DNA of 64,000 bases from the human T2T-CHM13v2.0 reference genome, Homo sapiens: the NCBI RefSeq assembly GCF_009914755.1, contig NC_060947.1, one strand, 5' to 3'. Below the pieces are notes generated by a model, which saw nothing but the letters and a program-made list of their open reading frames with translations, was not told where the DNA came from and ran no database searches. Shown here in pieces: positions 23,801 through 38,000 of this stretch. A program made the translations under genes and the position numbers. Each line of letters begins with the position of its first letter. The stretch's first letter is position 1.

Positions 23801-26800
23801 GCTCTATCAAAAGGAATGTTCAACTCTGGGAGTTGAATGCAATCATCACAGAGCAGTTTCTGAGAATGCTTCTATGTCGTTTTTAGGAGAAGATATTTCC
23901 TTTTCCAACACAGTCCTCCAAGCCCGCTAAATATCCACTTGCACATTGTAGAAAAAGGGTGTCGAAGCTGCGCTATCAAAGGGAAAGTTCAACTCTGTGA
24001 GGTGAATGCAAACATCCCAAAGAAGTTTCTGAGAATGCTTCCGTTTAGCTTTAAGTGAAGATTATCCCGTTTCCAACGAAATCTTCAAAGAGGTCCAAAT
24101 ATCCCCTTGCGGATCCCACAGAAAGAGTGTTTCGAAACTGCTGTTTCAAAAGGAATCTTCAACTCTGTGAGTTGAATGCAATCATCACAAAGAAGTTTCT
24201 GACAATGCTTCTCTCTCGTCTTTCTGTGAAGATAAAGGAAAAGGCTTTCAGGCCATTTCCACCACAGGCCTGAAAGCGCTCCAAATGTCCACTTGCAGAT
24301 TCTGCCAAAAGAATATTTCAAAACTGCTCTATGAAAAGCAATGTTAAACTCTGCGGCTCGAACACAAACATCACAAAGCAGTTTCTGAGAATGCTTCAGT
24401 TTAGTTTTTCTGTGGAAATATTCCCGTTTCCAAAGAAATCTTCAAAGAGGTCCACGCATCCACTTACAGATTCTACAAAAAGACAGTTTCAAAACTGCTC
24501 AATCAAAAGGAGGGTTCAACTGTGTGACTTGAATGCATTCATCACTCAGAAGTTTCTGAGAACGCTTCTCTTTAGTTTTTACGTGAACATATACCCGTTT
24601 CGAATGAAGGCCAGCCAGTGGTCCAAATATCCACTTGCAGATTCTACAGAAAGAGTGTTTTGAACCTGAACTCTCAAAGGCAGGTTCATCTCTGCGAGTT
24701 AAATGCATTCATCATGAAGAACTTTCTCAGCGTGTTTGTGTTTAGTTATGGGAAATTATTCCCGTTTCCAACGAAATCCTCAGAGAGCTCCAAATATCCA
24801 CCTGCAGATTGTACCAAAAGTGTATTTGGAAACTGCTCCATGAAAAGGCATGTTCAGCTCTGTGAGTGAAACTCCGTCATCACAAAGAATATTCTGAGAA
24901 TGCTTCCGTTTGCCTTTTATATGAAGTTCCTTCCTATACTACCGTAGGCCTCAAAGCAGTCCAAATCTCCATTTGCAGATTCTACAAAAAGAGTGATTCC
25001 AATCTGCTCTATCAATAGGATTGTTCAACTCCATGAGTTGAATGCCATCCTCACAAAGTAGTTTCTGAGAATGCTTCTATGTAGTTTTTATGTGAAGATA
25101 TTTCCTTTTCCACCACAGGCCTCAAAGCCCTCCAAACGTCCACTTGCAGATTCCCGAAAAAGAGTGTTTCATAGCTGCTCTTTCAAAAGGAAAGTTCAAC
25201 TCTGGGAGTTGAATACAAACATCACAAAGTAGTTTCCGAGAATGCTTCTGTTTAGTTCTTATGTGAAGATGATCCCGTTTCCAGTGAAATCTTCAAAGAG
25301 GTCCACATATCCCCTTGCAGATTCCAAAAAAAGAGGGTTTCAAAACTGCTCCATCAAAAGGATTGTTCAACTCTGTGAGTTGAATGCAGTCATCGCAGAA
25401 AACTTTCTGAGAATGCTTCTGTCTAGGTTTGATGTGAAGATATAGACGTTTCAAACGAAGGCTACAAAGTGGTCAAAATATACACTTGCAGATTCTACTA
25501 CAAGGGTGATGCAAACCTCAACTATCAAAGGAAGGTTCAACTCTGTGAGATGAATGCAAACATCACAAAGAATGTTCTGAGTTTGCTTCCGTTCAGTTAT
25601 GGGAAGTTGATCCCGTTTCCAACGAAATCCTCAGAGAGGTCCAAATATCCCCTTGCAGATTCTACAAAACGTGTGTTTGGAAACTGCTCCATCATAACGA
25701 ATGTTCAGCTCTCTGAGTTAAACTCCATCGTCACAAAGAATTTTCTGAGAGTGCTACCGTCTAGTTTTTATATGAAGTTCTTTCCTTTACTACCACAGGC
25801 CTCAAAGCGGTCCAAATCTCCACTTGCAGATTCTACAAAAAGAGTGTTTGCAAACTGCTCTATCAAAAGGAATGTTCAACTCTGGGAGTTGAATGCAATC
25901 ATCACAGAGCAGTTTCTGAGAATGCTTCTATGTCGTTTTTAGGAGAAGATATTTCCTTTTCCAACACAGTCCTCCAAGCCCGCTAAATATCCACTTGCAC
26001 ATTGTAGAAAAAGTGTGTCGAAGCTGCGCTATCAAAGGGAAAGTTCAACTCTGTGAGGTGAATGCAAACATCCCAAAGAAGTTTCTGAGAATGCTTCCGT
26101 TTAGCTTTAAGTGAAGATTATCCCGTTTCCAACGAAATCTTCAAAGAGGTCCAAATATCCCCTTGCGGATCCCACAGAAAGAGTGTTTCGAAACTGCTGT
26201 TTCAAAAGGAATCTTCAACTCTGTGAGTTGAATGCAATCATCACAAAGAAGTTTCTGACAATGCTTCTCTCTCGTCTTTCTGTGAAGATAAAGGAAAAGG
26301 CTTTCAGGCCATTTCCACCACAGGCCTGAAAGCGCTCCAAATGTCCACTTGCAGATTCTGCCAAAAGAATATTTCAAAACTGCTCTATGAAAAGCAATGT
26401 TAAACTCTGCGGCTCGAACACAAACATCACAAAGCAGTTTCTGAGAATGCTTCAGTTTAGTTTTTCTGTGGAAATATTCCCGTTTCCAAAGAAATCTTCA
26501 AAGAGGTCCACGCATCCACTTACAGATTCTACAAAAAGACAGTTTCAAAACTGCTCAATCAAAAGGAGGGTTCAACTGTGTGACTTGAATGCATTCATCA
26601 CTCAGAAGTTTCTGAGAACGCTTCTCTTTAGTTTTTACGTGAACATATACCCGTTTCGAACGAAGGCCAGCCAGTGGTCCAAATATCCACTTGCAGATTC
26701 TACAGAAAGAGTGTTTTGAACCTGAACTCTCAAAGGCAGGTTCATCTCTGCGAGTTAAATGCATTCATCATGAAGAACTTTCTCAGCGTGTTTGTGTTTA

Positions 26801-29099
26801 GTTATGGGAAATTATTCCCGTTTCCAACGAAATCCTCAGAGAGCTCCAAATATCCACCTGCAGATTGTACCAAAAGTGTATTTGGAAACTGCTCCATGAA
26901 AAGGCATGTTCAGCTCTGTGAGTGAAACTCCGTCATCACAAAGAATATTCTGAGAATGCTTCCGTTTGCCTTTTATATGAAGTTCCTTCCTATACTACCG
27001 TAGGCCTCAAAGCAGTCCAAATCTCCATTTGCAGATTCTACAAAAAGAGTGATTCCAATCTGCTCTATCAATAGGATTGTTCAACTCCATGAGTTGAATG
27101 CCATCCTCACAAAGTAGTTTCTGAGAATGCTTCTATGTAGTTTTTAAGTGAAGATATTTCCTTTTCCACCACAGGCCTCAAAGCCCTCCAAACGTCCACT
27201 TGCAGATTCCCGAAAAAGAGTGTTTCATAGCTGCTCTTTCAAAAGGAAAGTTCAACTCTGGGAGTTGAATACAAACATCACAAAGTAGTTTCCGAGAATG
27301 CTTCTGTTTAGTTCTTATGTGAAGATGATCCCGTTTCCAGTGAAATCTTCAAAGAGGTCCACATATCCCCTTGCAGATTCCAAAGAAAGAGGGTTTCAAA
27401 ACTGCTCCATCAAAAGGATTGTTCAACTCTGTGAGTTGAATGCAGTCATCGCAGAAAACTTTCTGAGAATGCTTCTGTCTAGGTTTGATGTGAAGATATA
27501 GACGTTTCAAACGAAGGCTACAAAGTGGTCAAAATATACACTTGCAGATTCTACTACAAGGGTGTTGCAAACCTCAACTATCAAAGGAAGGTTCAACTCT
27601 GTGAGATGAATGCAAACATCACAAAGAATGTTCTGAGTTTGCTTCCGTTCAGTTATGGGAAGTTGATCCCGTTTCCAACGAAATCCTCAGAGAGGTCCAA
27701 ATATCCCCTTGCAGATTCTACAAAACGTGTGTTTGGAAACTGCTCCATCATAACGAATGTTCAGCTCTCTGAGTTAAACTCCATCGTCACAAAGAATTTT
27801 TTGAGAGTGCTACCGTCTACTTTTTATATGAAGTTCTTTCCTTTACTACCACAGGCCTCAAAGCGGTCCAAATCTCCACTTGCAGATTCTACAAAAAGAG
27901 TGTTTGCAAACTGCTCTATCAAAAGGAATGTTCAACTCTGGGAGTTGAATGCAATCATCACAGAGCAGTTTCTGAGAATGCTTCTATGTCGTTTTTAGGA
28001 GAAGATATTTCCTTTTCCAACACAGTCCTCCAAGCCCGCTAAATATCCACTTGCACATTGTAGAAAAAGTGTGTCGAAGCTGCGCTATCAAAGGGAAAGT
28101 TCAACTCTGTGAGGTGAATGCAAACATCCCAAAGAAGTTTCTGAGAATGCTTCCGTTTAGCTTTAAGTGAAGATTATCCCGTTTCCAACGAAATCTTCAA
28201 AGAGGTCCAAATATCCCCTTGCGGATCCCACAGAAAGAGTGTTTCGAAACTGCTGTTTCAAAAGGAATCTTCAACTCTGTGAGTTGAATGCAATCATCAC
28301 AAAGAAGTTTCTGACAATGCTTCTCTCTCGTCTTTCTGTGAAGATAAAGGAAAAGGCTTTCAGGCCATTTCCACCACAGGCCTGAAAGCGCTCCAAATGT
28401 CCACTTGCAGATTCTGCCAAAAGAATATTTCAAAACTGCTCTATGAAAAGCAATGTTAAACTCTGCGGCTCGAACACAAACATCACAAAGCAGTTTCTGA
28501 GAATGCTTCAGTTTAGTTTTTCTGTGGAAATATTCCCGTTTCCAAAGAAATCTTCAAAGAGGTCCACGCATCCACTTACAGATTCTACAAAAAGACAGTT
28601 TCAAAACTGCTCAATCAAAAGGAGGGTTCAACTGTGTGATTTGAATGCATTCATCACTCAGAAGTTTCTGAGAACGCTTCTCTTTAGTTTTTACGTGAAC
28701 ATATACCCGTTTCGAACGAAGGCCAGCCAGTGGTCCAAATATCCACTTGCAGATTCTACAGAAAGAGTGTTTTGAACCTGAACTCTCAAAGGCAGGTTCA
28801 TCTCTGCGAGTTAAATGCATTCATCATGAAGAACTTTCTCAGCGTGTTTGTGTTTAGTTATGGGAAATTATTCCCGTTTCCAACGAAATCCTCAGAGAGC
28901 TCCAAATATCCACCTGCAGATTGTACCAAAAGTGTATTTGGAAACTGCTCCATGAAAAGGCATGTTCAGCTCTGTGAGTGAAACTCCGTCATCACAAAGA
29001 ATATTCTGAGAATGCTTCCGTTTGCCTTTTATATGAAGTTCCTTCCTATACTACCGTAGGCCTCAAAGCAGTCCAAATCTCCATTTGCAGATTCTACAA

Positions 29100-32000
29100 A
29101 AAGAGTGATTCCAATGTGCTCTATCAATAGGATTGTTCAACTCCATGAGTTGAATGCCATCCTCACAAAGCAGTTTCTGAGAATGCTTCTATGTAGTTTT
29201 TATGTGAAGATATTTCCTTTTCCACCACAGGCCTCAAAGCCCTCCAAACGTCCACTTGCAGATTCTCGAAAAAGAGTGTTTCATAGCTGCTCTTTCAAAA
29301 GGAAAGTTCAACTCTGGGAGTTGAATACAAACATCACAAAGTAGTTTCCGAGAATGCTTCTGTTTAGTTCTTATGTGAAGATGATCCCGTTTCCAGTGAA
29401 ATATTCAAAGAGGTCCACATATCCCCTTGCAGATTCCAAAAAAAGAGGGTTTCAAAACTGCTCCATCAAAAGGATTGTTCAACTCTGTGAGTTGAATGCA
29501 GTCATCGCAGAAAACTTTCTGAGAATGCTTCTGTCTAGGTTTGATGTGAAGATATAGACGTTTCAAACGAAGGCTACAAAGTGGTCAAAATATACACTTG
29601 CAGATTCTCCTACAAGGGTGCTGCAAACCTCAACTATCAAAGGAAGGTTCAACTCTGTGAGATGAATGCAAACATCACAAAGAATGTTCTGAGTTTGCTT
29701 CCGTTCAGTTATGGGAAGTTGATCCCGTTTCCAACGAAATCCTCAGAGAGGTCCAAATATCCCCTTGCAGATTCTACAAAACGTGTGTTTGGAAACTGCT
29801 CCATCATAACGAATGTTCAGCTCTCTGAGTTAAACTCCATCGTCACAAAGAATTTTCTGAGAGTGCTACCGTCTAGTTTTTATATGAAGTTCTTTCCTTT
29901 ACTACCACAGGCCTCAAAGCGGTCCAAATCTCCACTTGCAGATTCTACAAAAAGAGTGTTTGCAAACTGCTCTATCAAAAGGAATGTTCAACTCTGGGAG
30001 TTGAATGCAATCATCACAGAGCAGTTTCTGAGAATGCTTCTATGTCGTTTTTAGGAGAAGATATTTCCTTTTCCAACACAGTCCTCCAAGCCCGCTAAAT
30101 ATCCACTTGCACATTGTAGAAAAAGTGTGTCGAAGCTGCGCTATCAAAGGGAAAGTTCAACTCTGTGAGGTGAATGCAAACATCCCAAAGAAGTTTCTGA
30201 GAATGCTTCCGTTTAGCTTTAAGTGAAGATTATCCCGTTTCCAACGAAATCTTCAAAGAGGTCCAAATATCCCCTTGCGGATCCCACAGAAAGAGTGTTT
30301 CGAAACTGCTGTTTCAAAAGGAATCTTCAACTCTGTGAGTTGAATGCAATCATCACAAAGAAGTTTCTGACAATGCTTCTCTCTCGTCTTTCTGTGAAGA
30401 TAAAGGAAAAGGCTTTCAGGCCATTTCCACCACAGGCCTGAAAGCGCTCCAAATGTCCACTTGCAGATTCTGCCAAAAGAATATTTCAAAACTGCTCTAT
30501 GAAAAGCAATGTTAAACTCTGCGGCTCGAACACAAACATCACAAAGCAGTTTCTGAGAATGCTTCAGTTGAGTTTTTCTGTGGAAATATTCCCGTTTCCA
30601 AAGAAATCTTCAAAGAGGTCCACGCATCCACTTACAGATTCTACAAAAAGACAGTTTCAAAACTGCTCAATCAAAAGGAGGGTTCAACTGTGTGACTTGA
30701 ATGCATTCATCACTCAGAAGTTTCTGAGAACGCTTCTCTTTAGTTTTTACGTGAACATATACCCGTTTCGAACGAAGGCCAGCCAGTGGTCCAAATATCC
30801 ACTTGCAGATTCTACAGAAAGAGTGTTTTGAACCTGAACTCTCAAAGGCAGGTTCATCTCTGCGAGTTAAATGCATTCATCATGAAGAACTTTCTCAGCG
30901 TGTTTGTGTTTAGTTATGGGAAATTATTCCCGTTTCCAACGAAATCCTCAGAGAGCTCCAAATATCCACCTGCAGATTGTACCAAAACTGTATTTGGAAA
31001 CTGCTCCATGAAAAGGCATGTTCAGCTCTCTGAGTGAAACTCCGTCATCACAAAGAATATTCTGAGAATGCTTCCGTTTGCCTTTTATATGAAGTTCCTT
31101 CCTATACTACCGTAGGCCTCAAAGCAGTCCAAATCTCCATTTGCAGATTCTACAAAAAGAGTGATTCCAATCTGCTCTATCAATAGGATTGTTCAACTCC
31201 ATGAGTTGAATGCCATCCTCACAAAGTAGTTTCTGAGAATGCTTCTATGTAGTTTTTATGTGAAGATATTTCCTTTTCCACCACAGGCCTCAAAGCCCTC
31301 CAAACGTCCACTTGCAGATTCTCGAAAAAGAGTGTTTCATAGCTGCTCTTTCAAAAGGAAAGTTCAACTCTGGGAGTTGAATACAAACATCACAAAGTAG
31401 TTTCCGAGAATGCTTCTGTTTAGTTCTTATGTGAAGATGATCCCGTTTCCAGAGAAATCTTCAAAGAGGTCCACATATCACCTTGCAGATTCCAAAAAAA
31501 GAGGGTTTCAAAACTGCTCCATCAAAAGGATTGTTCAACTCTGTGAGTTGAATGCAGTCATCGCAGAAAACTTTCTGAGAATGCTTCTGTCTAGGTTTGA
31601 TGTGAAGATATAGACGTTTCAAACGAAGGCTACAAAGTGGTCAACATATACACTTGCAGATTCTCCTACAAGGGTGCTGCAAACCTCAACTATCAAAGGA
31701 AGTTTCAACTCTGTGAGATGAATGCAAACATCACAAAGAATGTTCTGAGTTTGCTTCCGTTCAGTTATGGGAAGTTGATCCCGTTTCCAACGAAATCCTC
31801 AGAGAGGTCCAAATATCCCCTTGCAGATTCTACAAAACGTGTGTTTGGAAACTGCTCCATCATAACGAATGTTCAGCTCTCTGAGTTAAACTCCATCGTC
31901 ACAAAGAATTTTCTGAGAGTGCTACCGTCTAGTTTTTATATGAAGTTCTTTCCTTTACTACCACAGGCCTCAAAGCGGTCCAAATCTCCACTTGCAGATT

Positions 32001-35000
32001 CTACAAAAAGAGTGTTTGCAAACTGCTCTATCAAAAGGAATGTTCAACTCTGGGAGTTGAATGCAATCATCACAGAGCAGTTTCTGAGAATGCTTCTATG
32101 TCGTTTTTAGGAGAAGATATTTCCTTTTCCAACACAGTCCTCCAAGCCCGCTAAATAGCCACTTGCACATTGTAGAAAAAGTGTGTCGAAGCTGCGCTAT
32201 CAAAGGGAAAGTTCAACTCTGTGAGGTGAATGCAAACATCCCAAAGAAGTTTCTGAGAATGCTTCCGTTTAGCTTTAAGTGAAGATTATCCCGTTTCCAA
32301 CGAAATCTTCAAAGAGGTCCAAATATCCCCTTGCGGATCCCACAGAAAGAGTGTTTCGAAACTGCTGTTTCAAAAGGAATCTTCAACTCTGTGAGTTGAA
32401 TGCAATCATCACAAAGAAGTTTCTGACAATGCTTCTCTCTCGTCTTTCTGTGAAGATAAAGGAAAAGGCTTTCAGGCCATTTCCACCACAGGCCTGAAAG
32501 CGCTCCAAATGTCCACTTGCAGATTCTGCCAAAAGAATATTTCAAAACTGCTCTATGAAAAGCAATGTTAAACTCTGCGGCTCGAACACAAACATCACAA
32601 AGCAGTTTCTGAGAATGCTTCAGTTTAGTTTTTCTGTGGAAATATTCCCGTTTCCAAAGAAATCTTCAAAGAGGTCCACGCATCCACTTACAGATTCTAC
32701 AAAAAGACAGTTTCAAAACTGCTCAATCAAAAGGAGGGTTCAACTGTGTGACTTGAATGCATTCATCACTCAGAAGTTTCTGAGAACGCTTCTCTTTAGT
32801 TTTTACGTGAACATATACCCGTTTCGAATGAAGGCCAGCCAGTGGTCCAAATATCCACTTGCAGATTCTACAGAAAGAGTGTTTTGAACCTGAACTCTCA
32901 AAGGCAGGTTCATCTCTGCGAGTTAAATGCATTCATCATGAAGAACTTTCTCAGCGTGTTTGTGTTTAGTTATGGGAAATTATTCCCGTTTCCAACGAAA
33001 TCCTCAGAGAGCTCCAAATATCCACCTGCAGATTCTACCAAAAGTGTATTTGGAAACTGCTCCATGAAAAGGCATGTTCAGCTCTGTGAGTGAAACTCCG
33101 TCATCACAAAGAATATTCTGAGAATGCTTCCGTTTGCCTTTTATATGAAGTTCCTTCCTATACTACCGTAGGCCTCAAAGCAGTCCAAATCTCCATTTGC
33201 AGATTCTACAAAAAGAGTGATTCCAATGTGCTCTATCAATAGGATTGTTCAACTCCATGAGTTGAATGCCATCCTCACAAAGTAGTTTCTGAGAATGCTC
33301 CTATGTAGTTTTTATGTGAAGATATTTCCTTTTCCACCACAGGCCTCAAAGCCCTCCAAACGTCCACTTGCAGATTCTCGAAAAAGAGTGTTTCATAGCT
33401 GCTCTTTCAAAAGGAAAGTTCAACTCTGGGAGTTGAATACAAACATCACAAAGTAGTTTCCGAGAATGCTTCTGTTTAGTTCTTATGTGAAGATGATCCC
33501 GTTTCCAGTGAAATCTTCAAAGAGGTCCACATATCCCCTTGCAGATTCCAAAAAAAGAGGGTTTCAAAACTGCTCCATCAAAAGGATTGTTCAACTCTGT
33601 GAGTTGAATGCAGTCATCGCAGAAAACTTTCTGAGAATGCTTCTGTCTAGGTTTGATGTGAAGATATAGACGTTTCAAACGAAGGCTACAAAGTGGTCAA
33701 AATATACACTTGCAGATTCTCCTACAAGGGTGCTGCAAACCTCAACTATCAAAGGAAGGTTCAACTCTGTGAGATGAATGCAAACATCACAAAGAATGTT
33801 CTGAGTTTGCTTCCGTTCAGTTATGGGAAGTTGATCCCGTTTCCAACGAAATCCTCAGAGAGGTCCAAATATCCCCTTGCAGATTCTACAAAACGTGTGT
33901 TTGGAAACTGCTCCATCATAACGAATGTTCAGCTCTCTGAGTTAAACTCCATCGTCACAAAGAATTTTCTGAGAGTGCTACCGTCTAGTTTTTATATGAA
34001 GTTCTTTCCTTTACTACCACAGGCCTCAAAGCGGTCCAAATCTCCACTTGCAGATTCTACAAAAAGAGTGTTTGCAAACTGCTCTATCAAAAGGAATGTT
34101 CAACTCTGGGAGTTGAATGCAATCATCACAGAGCAGTTTCTGAGAATGCTTCTATGTCGTTTTTAGGAGAAGATATTTCCTTTTCCAACACAGTCCTCCA
34201 AGCCCGCTAAATATCCACTTGCACATTGTAGAAAAAGTGTGTCGAAGCTGCGCTATCAAAGGGAAAGTTCAACTCTGTGAGGTGAATGCAAACATCCCAA
34301 AGAAGTTTCTGAGAATGCTTCCGTTTAGCTTTAAGTGAAGATTATCCCGTTTCCAACGAAATCTTCAAAGAGGTCCAAATATCCCCTTGCGGATCCCACA
34401 GAAAGAGTGTTTCGAAACTGCTGTTTCAAAAGGAATCTTCAACTCTGTGAGTTGAATGCAATCATCACAAAGAAGTTTCTGACAATGCTTCTCTCTCGTC
34501 TTTCTGTGAAGATAAAGGAAAAGGCTTTCAGGCCATTTCCACCACAGGCCTGAAAGCGCTCCAAATGTCCACTTGCAGATTCTGCCAAAAGAATATTTCA
34601 AAACTGCTCTATGAAAAGCAATGTTAAACTCTGCGGCTCGAACACAAACATCACAAAGCAGTTTCTGAGAATGCTTCAGTTTAGTTTTTCTGTGGAAATA
34701 TTCCCGTTTCCAAAGAAATCTTCAAAGAGGTCCACGCATCCACTTACAGATTCTACAAAAAGACAGTTTCAAAACTGCTCAATCAAAAGGAGGGTTCAAC
34801 TGTGTGACTTGAATGCATTCATCACTCAGAAGTTTCTGAGAACGCTTCTCTTTAGTTTTTACGTGAACATATACCCGTTTCGAACGAAGGCCAGCCAGTG
34901 GTCCAAATATCCACTTGCAGATTCTACAGAAAGAGTGTTTTGAACCTGAACTCTCAAAGGCAGGTTCATCTCTGCGAGTTAAATGCATTCATCATGAAGA

Positions 35001-38000
35001 ACTTTCTCAGCGTGTTTGTGTTTAGTTATGGGAAATTATTCCCGTTTCCAACGAAATCCTCAGAGAGCTCCAAATATCCACCTGCAGATTGTACCAAAAG
35101 TGTATTTGGAAACTGCTCCATGAAAAGGCATGTTCAGCTCTCTGAGTGAAACTCCGTCATCACAAAGAATATTCTGAGAATGCTTCCGTTTGCCTTTTAT
35201 ATGAAGTTCCTTCCTATACTACCGTAGGCCTCAAAGCAGTCCAAATCTCCATTTGCAGATTCTACAAAAAGAGTGATTCCAATCTGCTCTATCAATAGGA
35301 TTGTTCAACTCCATGAGTTGAATGCCATCCTCACAAAGTAGTTTCTGAGAATGCTTCTATGTAGTTTTTATGTGAAGATATTTCCTTTTCCACCACAGGC
35401 CTCAAAGCCCTCCAAACGTCCACTTGCAGATTCTCGAAAAAGAGTGTTTCATAGCTGCTCTTTCAAAAGGAAAGTTCAACTCTGGGAGTTGAATACAAAC
35501 ATCACAAAGTAGTTTCCGAGAATGCTTCTGTTTAGTTCTTATGTGAAGATGATCCCGTTTCCAGAGAAATCTTCAAAGAGGTCCACATATCACCTTGCAG
35601 ATTCCAAAAAAAGAGGGTTTCAAAACTGCTCCATCAAAAGGATTGTTCAACTCTGTGAGTTGAATGCAGTCATCGCAGAAAACTTTCTGAGAATGCTTCT
35701 GTCTAGGTTTGATGTGAAGATATAGACGTTTCAAACGAAGGCTACAAAGTGGTCAACATATACACTTGCAGATTCTCCTACAAGGGTGCTGCAAACCTCA
35801 ACTATCAAAGGAAGTTTCAACTCTGTGAGATGAATGCAAACATCACAAAGAATGTTCTGAGTTTGCTTCCGTTCAGTTATGGGAAGTTGATCCCGTTTCC
35901 AACGAAATCCTCAGAGAGGTCCAAATATCCCCTTGCAGATTCTACAAAACGTGTGTTTGGAAACTGCTCCATCATAACGAATGTTCAGCTCTCTGAGTTA
36001 AACTCCATCGTCACAAAGAATTTTCTGAGAGTGCTACCGTCTAGTTTTTATATGAAGTTCTTTCCTTTACTACCACAGGCCTCAAAGCGGTCCAAATCTC
36101 CACTTGCAGATTCTACAAAAAGAGTGTTTGCAAACTGCTCTATCAAAAGGAATGTTCAACTCTGGGAGTTGAATGCAATCATCACAGAGCAGTTTCTGAG
36201 AATGCTTCTATGTCGTTTTTAGGAGAAGATATTTCCTTTTCCAACACAGTCCTCCAAGCCCGCTAAATATCCACTTGCACATTGTAGAAAAAGTGTGTCG
36301 AAGCTGCGCTATCAAAGGGAAAGTTCAACTCTGTGAGGTGAATGCAAACATCCCAAAGAAGTTTCTGAGAATGCTTCCGTTTAGCTTTAAGTGAAGATTA
36401 TCCCGTTTCCAACGAAATCTTCAAAGAGGTCCAAATATCCCCTTGCGGATCCCACAGAAAGAGTGTTTCGAAACTGCTGTTTCAAAAGGAATCTTCAACT
36501 CTGTGAGTTGAATGCAATCATCACAAAGAAGTTTCTGACAATGCTTCTCTCTCGTCTTTCTGTGAAGATAAAGGAAAAGGCTTTCAGGCCATTTCCACCA
36601 CAGGCCTGAAAGCGCTCCAAATGTCCACTTGCAGATTCTGCCAAAAGAATATTTCAAAACTGCTCTATGAAAAGCAATGTTAAACTCTGCGGCTCGAACA
36701 CAAACATCACAAAGCAGTTTCTGAGAATGCTTCAGTTTAGTTTTTCTGTGGAAATATTCCCGTTTCCAAAGAAATCTTCAAAGAGGTCCACGCATCCACT
36801 TACAGATTCTACAAAAAGACAGTTTCAAAACTGCTCAATCAAAAGGAGGGTTCAACTGTGTGACTTGAATGCATTCATCACTCAGAAGTTTCTGAGAACG
36901 CTTCTCTTTAGTTTTTACGTGAACATATACCCGTTTCGAACGAAGGCCAGCCAGTGGTCCAAATATCCACTTGCAGATTCTACAGAAAGAGTGTTTTGAA
37001 CCTGAACTCTCAAAGGCAGGTTCATCTCTGCGAGTTAAATGCATTCATCATGAAGAACTTTCTCAGCGTGTTTGTGTTTAGTTATGGGAAATTATTCCCG
37101 TTTCCAACGAAATCCTCAGAGAGCTCCAAATATCCACCTGCAGATTGTACCAAAAGTGTATTTGGAAACTGCTCCATGAAAAGGCATGTTCAGCTCTGTG
37201 AGTGAAACTCCGTCATCACAAAGAATATTCTGAGAATGCTTCCGTTTGCCTTTTATATGAAGTTCCTTCCTATACTACCGTAGGCCTCAAAGCAGTCCAA
37301 ATCTCCATTTGCAGATTCTACAAAAAGAGTGATTCCAATGTGCTCTATCAATAGGATTGTTCAACTCCATGAGTTGAATGCCATCCTCACAAAGTAGTTT
37401 CTGAGAATGCTCCTATGTAGTTTTTATGTGAAGATATTTCCTTTTCCACCACAGGCCTCAAAGCCCTCCAAACGTCCACTTGCAGATTCTCGAAAAAGAG
37501 TGTTTCATAGCTGCTCTTTCAAAAGGAAAGTTCAACTCTGGGAGTTGAATACAAACATCACAAAGTAGTTTCCGAGAATGCTTCTGTTTAGTTCTTATGT
37601 GAAGATGATCCCGTTTCCAGTGAAATCTTCAAAGAGGTCCACATATCCCCTTGCAGATTCCAAAAAAAGAGGGTTTCAAAACTGCTCCATCAAAAGGATT
37701 GTTCAACTCTGTGAGTTGAATGCAGTCATCGCAGAAAACTTTCTGAGAATGCTTCTGTCTAGGTTTGATGTGAAGATATAGACGTTTCAAACGAAGGCTA
37801 CAAAGTGGTCAAAATATACACTTGCAGATTCTCCTACAAGGGTGCTGCAAACCTCAACTATCAAAGGAAGGTTCAACTCTGTGAGATGAATGCAAACATC
37901 ACAAAGAATGTTCTGAGTTTGCTTCCGTTCAGTTATGGGAAGTTGATCCCGTTTCCAACGAAATCCTCAGAGAGGTCCAAATATCCCCTTGCAGATTCTA

